Of a stretch of 64,000 bases of DNA, positions 39,989 through 51,330 are shown piece by piece (positions within the stretch are counted from its first letter, which is position 1; the number at the start of each line of letters is the position of its first letter). Source of the DNA: the human T2T-CHM13v2.0 reference genome, Homo sapiens. Under the pieces are notes generated by a model. That model was not told the origin of the DNA and did no database searches. It saw only the letters and a program-made list of their open reading frames with translations. A program made the position numbers and the translations under genes. The DNA lies in assembly GCF_009914755.1 (NCBI RefSeq), contig NC_060941.1. One strand, given 5' to 3'.

Positions 39989-40154
39989 CTCCCCAATCAT
40001 GCCGTTCCATACGCCGCGCACCCGCTTGCCATGCTTGCCGTTGGTCACCAGGTACAGGTCGTAGGAGAATTTGACCACTCTGGCCAGCTTCTTGAGGATG
40101 TCGATGCAGAATCCCTTACAGCAGAGCTTGGTGTAGGGGGCCACGTCCCCGCTG
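39989..40154 (-). CDS. GRIN2C: GRIN2C exon 6 (166 nt; [13 protein letters not shown]...NGKHG...WNGMIGE)
   Basis: ctgcag|CAG acceptor (NAGNAG) and GAG|gtagg donor. Confidence 0.96.
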
Positions 40155-40338
40155 CTGCAGCCATGCCGCCATGAGACCACCGGGAGTCAGAGTATGTCGT
40201 GGCCCAGCCCCGCCCCAGCCACTCCTCCAGCCTGGCACGTGGACCCCTGCCCCACACCCAAGCATGGGACATACACGACACCTGACCATCACACGGCAGC
40301 ACCCAGCTCACACTAGCCTCCCAGGGCCCTCCACAGAC

Positions 40339-40550
40339 CTGAAGGTGTGGTTGCTCTGCCTGCGGCAGGGCACGGTGTTGGGGACACAGCCTCCTGTGCC
40401 AGGGTCAGGGCTCTCCACGATGACAAAGGGCCGCTCTTCCAGCGTGGCCACCGTCAGGTGCCGACTGTCCACCACAGGCTGCAGAGAGGCACTGTAGCGA
40501 GGCCACACGGGGTACTTCATGTATAGGACGCCATGCTCCCAGCGCCCCAC
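40339..40550 (-). CDS. GRIN2C: GRIN2C exon 5 (212 nt; VGRW...[16 protein letters not shown])
   Basis: Start of S1. AG/GT boundaries, phase consistent. Confidence 0.97.
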
Positions 40551-41359
40551 CTGTGGAGGGTGACAGCCTCAGCCTGGGGCCTCCAGCCCTACAGCCCCCA
40601 CCCTCTAGGTGGAGCCTGCCAGGGCCAAGAATCTCCCTCTCTCACCTAGGGATGCTGGGGCAGGTCAGAGTAGGGCTGCTCCCAACAGCCTCCCCCAGCC
40701 TCGGGTCCCTGTGTTCATACAGCTCCACACTGACCCACAGCATCTTCCTAAAGCCCAGACCTGACCCTGTCTCACTCACTGTACTGGTCCCCCCTGACTT
40801 TGACAGAACGTCCTTAGCTGAGCACTCAAGGCCCTTCATGCTCCAAACCCTTCTGCCCCTCTGTCTCTTCCAGGCTAGCACCTCTTCCTGGTGGGCTCCT
40901 ACTCAAACCTCCACAGCCCAGCTCAAATATCCCATCTTCTGGGACCTCTTTCCCAGTTTCCTCCTTTGAAGGCAGAACTAATTCCTGTTCCTCATCTCCA
41001 ATCCCACAATCTTTTGCACACGTCTACTCAAGCACTTGTCCCTGCATATTGTTTACAAGCCTGTCTGGCCAGCATGGTCATGGGTTACTCCTGCAGGGGC
41101 AGGACCAGGAGATAGGAGCGCTTGAAATGTTCTATAGTAGAGGGAAGCCGGGGTGTTATGGGAGCCCAGAGCAGGGCACCTCACCCACCCCGGGGCACCT
41201 GGAGGCTTCCCAGTGGAGGAGATGTTTGTTTCAGCTGAGACCTGGAAGATGAGGGGTTGGATAAGGGACAGAGGGACTCTCTGCTCAGCTGTGGGCACAA
41301 GAGGAGGCGGGGACAAAATAAGAGGACACTGAGGGCCCCTGGGCTCACCCCCTTCTCAC

Positions 41360-41474
41360 CATCTCCCAGAGGCGGTGCCGGTTGAGGGCGATCACCACCA
41401 TGGTGGGCTGGACCAGGTACCCACCAGGGCTGAAGGAGAAGTCTCGGCCCTCCCAGGTGACATTCAGTAGGTGC
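41360..41474 (-). CDS. GRIN2C: GRIN2C exon 4 (115 nt; [20 protein letters not shown])
   Basis: ggcag|G ... ATG|gtgag. Confidence 0.96.
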
Positions 41475-41795
41475 CTGCCAGAGGGGAGAGATGCCTGCAG
41501 CCCTGCCAAGGACCAGGCACCCCCTGCCTCTGCCTCACCGCCGCCACCGACAGCAGGTGGCATTGATTGTGTTTATTGTTCAAAGTGCTTCCCTATATTG
41601 GCCCCACGATCCTTGCCACACCCTGACACCTGCTGTTTGTTCAGATGAGGACACTAAGGCCCAGACAGGTGGGGTAATGTGGCCCCAGGCACGCAGCTAG
41701 TGGGAGGTGTGGCTGGCCAGCCCAAACTCACTGCCAGCCAGCTCCCCCGAAGCGCTCCCCACCTCCCTACCCCTATGCCCCGGGCAGGTGCCCAC

Positions 41796-42394
41796 CTGTA
41801 GAAGGCCTCCCGGGCAGGGCTGACGGGCCCAGGGTGAACACGGCAGTCCCCGGCCGGGGCTGGCAGGGTTCCATGCTGGCGCCAGTAGCTGTGGGCGCCC
41901 AGGGCCAGAATGGCCACGCCGTCGCGCACCTTCTGGCGCAGGCTGAGGCGCCAGCTCTCGGTGACGACGCTGATGAGGCCCACGGGGAAGGTGGCGGGGG
42001 GCGCATCGGTGCTGCCCAGCGCCAGGTTGGGCACCAGCCACACGTGGCCGGGCCCCACCAGACCGGCCTGCGCCGCCTCGGCGAAGAGCACCTCGGCCTC
42101 CTCGCGCGAGCAGTAGGCCACAAACACGGGCGCGTCGAGCTGGCGCAGCAGGCGCTGCGTGCGCGCGCGCGGCCCTCCCGGGCCCAGCTCCAGCGTGACC
42201 ACGTCCAGCAGCCGCCAACTCACGTGGCTGGCGTCGGCGACGGCGCGCACGCCCTCCAGGAAGAGCGCGTGGCCCGGGTGCAGGCTGGTGATGACGGCGA
42301 AGGCGCTCCAGTCGTACTCTTCCAGCACCTTGAACAGCACCTGCAGCTGCTGCTCCAGGGACACGCCCAGCTGCAGGAAGGCGGAGCCCGGCTC
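41796..42394 (-). CDS. GRIN2C: GRIN2C exon 3 (599 nt; amino-terminal domain)
   Basis: ccccag|GAG ... AG|gtggg. [15 protein letters not shown] motif. CpG-rich. Confidence 0.97.
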
Positions 42395-42599
42395 CTGGGG
42401 GCGGGGCGGGGCCTGAGCCGGGGCGGGGAGGGCCGAGCCCCTCCTCCCGCCCCTTCCCCGACCTCGGCCCCTCCATCAGCTCCCAGGCGCCCTTGCGCCG
42501 GCGGATGCTCCGCATTCCGGGAGCCCTCTGGCCTGCGCCTCCCTCCCGCCCCAATGTGGTTCCCCGCTGCCTAGTAGCATGGTCATGCCCGGCCCCCAG

Positions 42600-42860
42600 C
42601 CCACCACGCTGGCCCGCAGACCCGCAGCATCAGCACCACTGGGGAGTTTGTCAGAAATGCAGATTCTCAGGTCGCACCCCACACCGACTGGATCGGAGTC
42701 GCTGGGTATGCCGCCTGGCATCTGTATTCTCACAAGCTCTTCAGCCGATCCTTGAGCCCGCTAGACTGAGAAGCGCTGCCCCAGACCAACTGAATCTGAA
42801 TTCCAGAGGTGCAAAGCCAGGCGTCCGTATTTCCTAAGAGCACGATGAGGGTTGAGAGCC
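42600..42860. mobile_element. MER5-like hAT DNA transposon fragment(s)
   Basis: cagcatcagcaccactggggagtttgtcagaaatgcagattctcagg is the MER5A core. Confidence 0.7.
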
Positions 42861-43039
42861 AATGTCCTGAGATCTTATGCCGGGGCCCCAAGAGGACGGG
42901 GAAACGCCACCCTGGTTGAAGCCCTGAGGGTGGGAAAGCTCCTCCTCTCCACCCCTCTGCCACCACAAAAACCCAAGGCACTGCCGGCTGGCACCGGGGC
43001 CACCGCAGTCCCCTCGTAACTGGTCTCACTGCTGCCACT

Positions 43040-43560
43040 GTCCCAATCTTTTAAAAAAGCAAATAAGGGAAAATTCAGAGGCCAAGCAACGCAGTTTCTT
43101 CAATAAACAAATTGCAAGGAAAAAAGAGAGACAGACAGAGGAGGGGCCCAGAGGTTGAGAGAAACTCAGAAGCCACACCAACCAACCGGCACGTGTGGAC
43201 CCGATTTGGCTCTTAATTCGAGCAAACAGGCTGCAAAATAAACACTTATGACAGTTATGAAACAATGGGGAAATTTGAACACTGCCTGGATATTTGAAGG
43301 AGTTTTTATTATTTTTTAGACGTGATAATGTATGGTGGTTTTACGTTCTTAAGCCCTTATCTGCCAGGGATACATACTGAAATATTTATGGATGGAATAA
43401 GAGGATGCCTGGGCTTTGATTCAAATTAACACAGAAGAAGGGGAAGGGGGTGCTGGTGAGGCTGGGGTGGATGGCCAGGGCGAATGGGGGATATATGAGT
43501 CTTCCTTATACTTTTTAATGTATACTCAAAATTCTTCATATAAAAATTAATGAAACAAAG
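43040..43560 (+). mobile_element. Old L1 (L1M-type) 3' fragment
   Basis: AT-rich island. gggaaatttgaac..tggatatttga and atacatactgaaatatttatggatg resemble L1ME 3'UTR. Confidence 0.55.
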
Positions 43561-44479
43561 GCGAATCAGATCAGTCTCTTCCCTCAACTCTCCTCCGCTC
43601 TTCCCTGAGTGGCTAGATCAACAGGGGCAGGGCCAGGAAGCTCACAGGGCTAAGGCAGGCACAGACCACGGCCACTGTCACAGCCGGCTTGCGCTGCCCT
43701 GTCTGCTCACTTGCTTAGGGAAAAGCCCAAATGTCTTCCCAGGTGGCCAGGCCCCCGCCTCCTTCTCCAGGCTTTTCCCTCTATTCCTCCAAAGCTCTGA
43801 GCTCCTTCCTCGCCTTGGGACCTTCATCCCACCTGCTTCTCTGCCTGGGCCTCTCCCCCTCCCCACCGGCTCGCCCTTAGGCCCTCAGCCTAGACATCAT
43901 TTCTCCAGAGACTTTCCCTGGCCAACACCCTATGCATGAGCCATGAGTGAGCTCCCTCACAGCATCCTGTGTCTTTCCTTCAGAACGCTTGTCCTAGTTG
44001 TAACTGCTGATGAATGTGTGTTTGGAACGTTCTCCCCTGAGCCCTGCAAGGGCAGGGCCGTTTCTGCCTCCCCCAGGGCTCCCAGGGTTCCCTGGTGCTC
44101 ACCCTACAGGTCAACTACCACTGCCCAGAGGGCATGGCACCACCTCCATGCCCGGCTGGCCCTCTGGGTCTTCACCCTGACCTAGGAAGCTGAGGGAAGC
44201 AGAGAGGAGGAGGGCTGGGGCCTGAGCCCCACAGCCAGAGGGTGGGCCTGCACCCTGCCCACCCCTCATCCAGACACAATGTGAGGTCAGCCCAGAATAT
44301 CTCTCCTCTAGAACATGGGATGTCATTCCCATAACCATCTCCCCATCACCCACATCATGCCCTCAGCCCCCACCTCCCTGCCCATCCCGTCTAATCCCAG
44401 CTTCCCAGAACCAAAGCACCCCCGACCCCAGCCTGGTTCCAGGCCTGAGGCACGAGGGGACATGAGTTTGGACATGCAC

Positions 44480-44878
44480 CTTGGGGGTGAGGACCACAGC
44501 AGAGCCTCCGCTGATGCTGAGGATGGGCACATGGGTCTGGGAGGAGATGAAGTCAAGGATCTGGGCCACCGCCTCGGTGTCCACGTTGTCCTCAAAGACA
44601 ATGCCGTGGACGTGGGCAGCACCCAGGAGGCCGCAGATCTGGGTGAGGAGGCTGCTGGGGTTGGTGGTGTTGACCCCAACTGTGAGCGGCTGGATCTCCA
44701 GGGGTAGGTCCAGGAAGCTCTGGGGGGTGAGGCGGGCACGGAACTGGGCCTGGGGCGGCCCTGAGCTGCTAAACACCACGGCCACCGTCATGCCCTGCTC
44801 GCCCTGCCCCGGACCCAGCCCTGCCCAGGCACCGAAGAGCGAGGTGAGCAACAGGGCCGGCCCCAGGGCCCCACCCAT
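44480..44878 (-). CDS. GRIN2C: GRIN2C exon 2 CDS (399 nt; signal peptide [19 protein letters not shown] and ATD); exon starts at 44893
   Basis: ccgcag|GAC acceptor, ATG 15 nt later in good Kozak context (GACATGG), AAG|gtgcat donor. All coding exons sum to 3711 nt. Confidence 0.97.
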
Positions 44879-45239
44879 GTCCACCGGAGGGTCCTGCGGA
44901 GAGACCAGAACAAGCACAGGGAGAGAGACAGAGGTTTGGAGAGAGGCAGATGGACAGACAGGAGGGACAGAGGGACACACATACGGAAGATGAAAGAGAA
45001 GAGGGGAAAACCTCCCTCCCCGAAGAGAGGCAGAGAGAGAGGGAGACAGACAGACACGGACAAAGAGAAAGAGATAGAGGTTAGTTGAGCATCCCAAGGG
45101 CATCCCAGAAGAGCAAGGGCTGGGGAAGAACAGGAGCCATGACCGGGACCCAGCCCTCCAGTCTACTGATGCCTTCCAAAACTCAGCCAGTGGGTTCTGC
45201 CCTAGGAAGTCATACTGAAAATGCTAGTCTGGGGTTCAA

Positions 45240-45400
45240 GTGCATGGATTTGAGTCAGACAGATCTGAGTTCGTGTCCCAGTTCTGCCACTAACTGGCTG
45301 TGTGATCTTAGGGAAGTCACTTAGCCTCTCTGAGCCATGTTTTCTTGCCTGAAATAATCACAGCAGTGTGAGGACTTAGATGAGCTAACAGGCTATTTGC
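45240..45400 (+). mobile_element. MIR
   Basis: gagtcagacagatctgagttc..ctgccactaactggctgtgtgatcttagggaagtcacttagcctctctgagcc. Confidence 0.8.
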
Positions 45401-45873
45401 TGGGATTAGTGACCTCATCCCGCAGGTGACAGGCCCCCAGCCAGGTGAAGGAAGACAGCTCTTGCATCACCCCCAACCCCCACCCCCACCGGCCAGTCCT
45501 CCTCATAGTCTAAACCGGATCTTCCATCTGTCTCTCACCAGGGCCTGTGCTACTGGTCAGTGTGCCCTGCTTGCCATGGGGCCAGCCCCAAGGGCCCTCC
45601 TCTGCATGGTTCTGCCTGGCACAGAGCCCCCTCCTCCTGGGCACTGGACGTCACTACAGCCCTTCCTTCTGTGGCCTCAGCTAGTAGCAGCTCTTCCGCA
45701 GCAGGGTGCAACAGCACTGACTTGTTCAGAGCTCAGGGGTACCGGAAAACCCAAGCTGGTGAGCTGGGGTTTGGTCTTGTTACACATGAGCTGGTGAGCT
45801 GGCCTCTCGGGCCATCACTGGCATGCAGGATCTTTTGAACCCAACCCAGGGGCCTGACACGTATCCTTGCTAA

Positions 45874-46565
<692 letters not shown>

Positions 46566-47505
46566 ATCTCTCTCTTTTTTTTTAATCCAAAGCCTAATGT
46601 CTTACAGACATATGGGCCTTCTTGTATCTCTAGTTCTCTCTAAGGAATCCAGAGAGCGGGGAAGTGCAAGAGGCTACCAGGAACATTCAGGAAAGTTCCT
46701 CTTCTCCCCAGGGTGGCACTGAAAGGATCCCTCCAGGGAACCCACTAAACCAACTTTAGTGTAGAAACATCAATTGGCCCGTGTGTGCTGAGCCCCTTCC
46801 CTGCAGCAGGCGCTGGATGGTGGAATGTCCCTATGGGTGAGACATGGTCCCTGCCCTCCAGGAACTTAGAGTCAAATCTGCAGAATGAGCATGCTGCTGT
46901 TAGCACCTCCAACCTCCTTTTTTCTAAATATATTTCTCTTTCCAACCTTCTCTCCCTACTTCCCTCAAACTCCCCAGCCTCCCCGTCAAGATCTTCTCTT
47001 AGCTAAGCATCTAGAGCTCATTCACAGGAAGGTATGAGGGACTGATCATAGCTGAAAGGGTTCTCATTCCCAAGAGAGATGTAGTTTAACCACAGTCAGA
47101 GCCTTAAGCTAAAGTGCCAGGTGGTAGAATTTCAGGCCAAGAAGACAAGAGTTTTGGCAAGGAAGGGAATATTGCTCTCATGGTGGCGCCCTTGAAATCT
47201 TCCCATGTGTACGGTTCCCTAGTACAGTGACACAGAAGTGACAGAAGTGACAGAACTGACAGCCCAGAGACATGTTTGAGTCTGGCAAGGGATCGATCCT
47301 AGCCATGCCATGCCATGCCTCAGCTGCCACCACCAATCAGGGATGTCAGATCTCAACCACAAAGGACACTGACATGCTTGTCGCTCCCCTTGCACGGCCT
47401 CTGTCTGCTCACCTCTGCCCACACCTCCAGGTCCTAGAGGTTCCTTGCCCTCTGGGGAGCCCCAAACCTCCTACTACCCCTGCCTCCCAGTAATGAGCTC
47501 TAGAT

Positions 47506-47824
47506 CTGTGCTGCCCAGTATAGGAGCCGCCAGTCATACACGACTATTGGGTACCAGAAACATCTCTCACCCAAACGGAGTTTGCTATCAGTGTAAAATT
47601 TCATGCCACACTGCACATTGAAGACAACAGGGAAAAAGAATGTAAAAAATCTCGTAAACACTTGTATCTTGATTACATGTTGAAATAATAACATTTGGGG
47701 TATGTTTAGTCAAAGAAAATATACTATTAAAATTAACGTCACCTGTTTCTATTTGTTTTAATGTGGTTACTAGAAAATTTTAAATTGTACTTGTGGCTCC
47801 CATTTTATTTCTTTGGACAGTGTG
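47506..47824 (-). mobile_element. MER33-like DNA transposon, near full length
   Basis: Inverted termini ctgtgctgcccagta / ttggacagtgtg and internal gattacatgttgaaat. Reverse homolog of the copy at ~18.7 kb. Confidence 0.75.
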
Positions 47825-49530
47825 ACCCTGGATGAAGGGCCCAGGCTCTCCCTCAACTGCAAAGGGGCAGAATAAGCAGTCTGCCATTAGCATCTCCAAC
47901 CTCCTTTTTCTAAATGTATTTCTCTTTCCAACTCCCTACTCCCCTCAAGCTTCCACCCTCCCCAGTCAAGACCTTTTCTTAGCCAAGGACCTAGAGCTCA
48001 TTCACATGAAGGAATAAGGGTCTGGTAATAGCTGAAAATGTTCTCATTCCCACTCTCTCCAATAGGAAGACATCCTCATGGGCTGGGGACACCAGAGACT
48101 CTCTCCAAAGGGAAGGTGTCCTGCTGGGTTGGGGGTTGGGGGTCGGGGGGTGGGGGATTTGAGGCAGGTTGTACCTCTAATCAAGGGGCCTAAAATGGGG
48201 GAGGGATCCCAGAATACCTCCAGAGCCAGGGGCCAAAACTAGGTAAGTCCCTGGGCTCCAAATAGCAAGGGGCAGACTCAAGGAGCTTCCGAATTCTGTC
48301 TCATCACCCCGTCTAACCCAGCCACCCTACAGAGGTAGGAGGGACAAACTCCACTTTCCCCCGCCACAATCTCCTCCCTTGCCTCCCCCTCCCCACCTCC
48401 CACCTACCCACCCCCGCCAGCCCCACTGCACTGCTGAAGCCTTCCTCCAGCCACTGCTCCCTCCTCACACAGGACAGCTACACCCTGGTGCCCACAAATG
48501 AAGTCCAGACAGCTTAGTCCCATAGACAGAGCCCTCTGCACCCTGACCGCAACCAACCGTCCTCCCATCCCTGGAACCCACAGCTCTGCCAGTCTGCTGG
48601 CCAAACAGCCCCATTCTGCCCTCATCTCCAGGCCTCGTTCCAGCATTCCCCAGGCTGGAATGTCCTCATCCCAACAGAAGTCTACTCTCCTTCAGGGCCC
48701 AGCTGAAATCCCTCTCCCACAGGCACCTGCCTTGATGCCTCAGGCTCTAGGCGCAGGGACTGCGGCCAGGCTGGGGCACCTGCCCTTCTTCCCCCTGCCC
48801 TGGCTTCCCCTCCTGGGTGGGGAGCTCTGTGTAGTGGTCCCCTCCACCCCTCCATTCTGCCCTGCGGCAGGTGTGTGTGCACTCATTAACACCCTGCCCC
48901 ACACTGGACTGCGGGCTCCTTGAGGGCAGACACATTGTCTCAGAGACCTCTGCCCACCCACCCACTCAGGGTCTCACCCCTTCCACAAACAGCCCTTAAA
49001 CTAATGTTTGACAAACACAGAGATCCCCAAAGAGCCCCAGAGAGGATGGCAGTGGTCAGTCCTGCAGGACACAGCAGCATCTAGAAGGGTCTGAGCACCT
49101 TCCCAGGCTGGGGGCCTTCTCCTTCCCGGGTCCTCACAGCTCAGCCAGACCCCCTGGCACGGACCTGCACACACATGCACACTCCCGCACTCATACCCGC
49201 TCACATCTGAGATACCGATGGCTCTCCCTCTCCCAGGCTAGGAAACTCTGTCGCAGGAGTCCTCCCCACCCACCAGCAGAACCCCCGGACCCCCTGCCCT
49301 TCCGGTGAGCCGCCCCTCCTTTGCCGTCGGGTTTCCCTCCCTCCCTTTTGCCCAGCCAAAACCCGAACCCAGGCGCCAGGGGAGAGGACCGCCGTTCTAG
49401 CTTGCCCCACTGCTGGGGGCACGGAGTTCTTGCTCCTCCAAGGCTACGGCCCCCGTCTCCGCGGACCCCGCCCGGACTCCCCCTGGCCACCGGGACGCCC
49501 CGCCCCCTCCCCTCCGCAGCAATCTCTTAC

Positions 49531-49720
49531 ACTCGGGCTGTGAAGTTCGGGGTATTTTTAGGCCGGCGATAAATAATTCATAGGGAACGTGGCATCAGGC
49601 TCCCCCCGCGGGAGGAGGGGGCGCGAGCAGCGAGAGCCACCGTCACCCGCGGCTCAAGGACACTCGCGATGCGGCGGCGGCGGCGGCGGCGGCGGCTCCG
49701 GGCGGGGACCCGCGCCACGC
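49531..49720 (-). other. GRIN2C: GRIN2C non-coding exon 1 (5' end approximate)
   Basis: Donor GAGT|gtaaga at 49531/49530 inside the CpG island. Contains (GCC)8 and two uORFs. Matches my recollection of the mRNA leader. Confidence 0.8.
49671..49696. repeat. (CGG)8/(GCC)8 trinucleotide repeat in the GRIN2C 5' leader
   Basis: gcggcggcggcggcggcggcggcggc, uninterrupted. Confidence 0.95.
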
Positions 49721-51214
49721 CTCCTGGCGGCCAAGCTGAGCACCACGCACCCGGCGCCCCCCGCCCCACGCTGCCCCCCGCCGGCGTCCGCGGCTCCGGG
49801 GCCCCCACCCCCACTCCCCCAAGCTGGGTCGTGACCCCGAGTCCCGCAGTGGGGGGACCAAGCCAGCCTGGCAGGCGGCCCCAGTACCATCCCAGGCCCG
49901 CCCGGGGGCCCTGGGCGAACCCAGGTGTCCCGGACCTGCCTACCTGCCCCTGGCACGCTCTTATTCTTCGGGAGTTTAGAAACAGGCTCAAAGTCACTAG
50001 CACCGCCAAGACCTGGACGGGCTCTGAAATACAGCCAGCGGAATGGTACCCTCCCCAAATAAGTGTCTTTCCTCGATTTTCCTGTGGCCCGGGGTCAGGG
50101 ACTGAACTAAGATAACGCCACCATCCGAGGGCTGGGGGACCGAGCCAGAAGTCCCCTTGGACGACCAGGGCTGGGAAACCGAGTGGACGAATGGGGTGGG
50201 CATCAGGGCCTGGCGGGAATTCCCGTCTTGCTCACCCAGCAGCTCCTTGCAGGGTCGCGGGACGCACCTGGGGGTTCAGGTTGCCGGGTGCCTTTGCTCC
50301 GCGTGTCCCCGCCCTGCCCGCGTAGGCAGGAAACAGGAGACTCGGGGCTTCCCCTCCCCGCCGTCGGGGATCCTGGGCGAAGCCCCCAGAGACCGGCGCA
50401 GGCGGCTGGTGCGCAGCCAGGGCCCAGCGCCAGGTCTTGCTCGCCCAGTGCCCTCTCTGCCTACCCTTCCCTTTGCGCTCTGGAAGCCCGGGAGCCGGGC
50501 ACGGGCCAGCATCTGCAAGATGCCACTACTCTGGAAGCCCACTCCGATTCTCCCAGGTCGCAGGAAGGAGAGAGCTAGGCTGGGGCAAAGGAGATGGGGC
50601 AGAGCTGGAAGGGGAAGAAGCGGGACTCGCGGCGGGGGAAGGGGTCTGGGCGCCGAGGCGAGTGCGCAGCAGGTGCCCAGCAGACCTAGGGAAACTGGGG
50701 CACTGGGCTGGGGAGCCGCACAGCCCCCTTTCACCTTCTCGACTCCTTTCCAACCCCTCGCTCTGGTGGATCCCAGCCCCGGCCCCCACTCCCGGCCCTG
50801 TTCCCCGCTCTCCGCCCCGGCGGCTTCCAGCAGCAACAGTTTGGGTCCGCAGCAGCCCAGACTCCCCTGGTCCCGCGGTGCTGCCGCGCCAAGCGAAGGA
50901 GGAGGAGGGCTCGGCGACCCTGGGGACGAACGTCTTGGACGCTTCGCCCGCGTCCTTCTCTCGCGTCCGCCGCGCGCCTGTCTGCTCGGCCTCTTCTTCG
51001 CCTTCTCTCCGGCCGCCCGGGTCAAAACCCAAGGCCAGGTTCTTGAGGGTCCGGGTCCTCCAGCCGCCCCCTCCTTGAGCCCCGAGAGTCCTGCGTGGGT
51101 CCAACCCCCCGGGTGTCCCGCCTCTGTCTCCGCCGTCCTTGCTCGCGCGCCGCGGGAACCCAGCCCCAAGTTGGCGGCGAAGTTGGTGCCCCTCGCCCGC
51201 CGCTCGCCACTTAC

Positions 51215-51330
51215 CGAGGGGAAGGGGCGCTGCGCCCGCGACGAGAGCCCGCGCCGGCCGCCTCCCTCGCGGTGTCTGTCCCAGAGCCTCGGCCCCGGAG
51301 GGCTGGCGCGCTCAGTCTCAGCTCCGCGGG
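51215..51330 (-). other. GRIN2C: Probable upstream alternative non-coding first exon of GRIN2C
   Basis: Consensus donor CG|gtaagt at 51215/51214. Tandem GC boxes at 51351-51370 lie just upstream. Confidence 0.55.

Noticed and set aside
44458-44479. Possible p53 site GGACATGAGT-TT-GGACATGCAC at the GRIN2C exon 2 donor
   Set aside because: Three mismatches plus a 2-nt spacer. Too weak to call without ChIP data.
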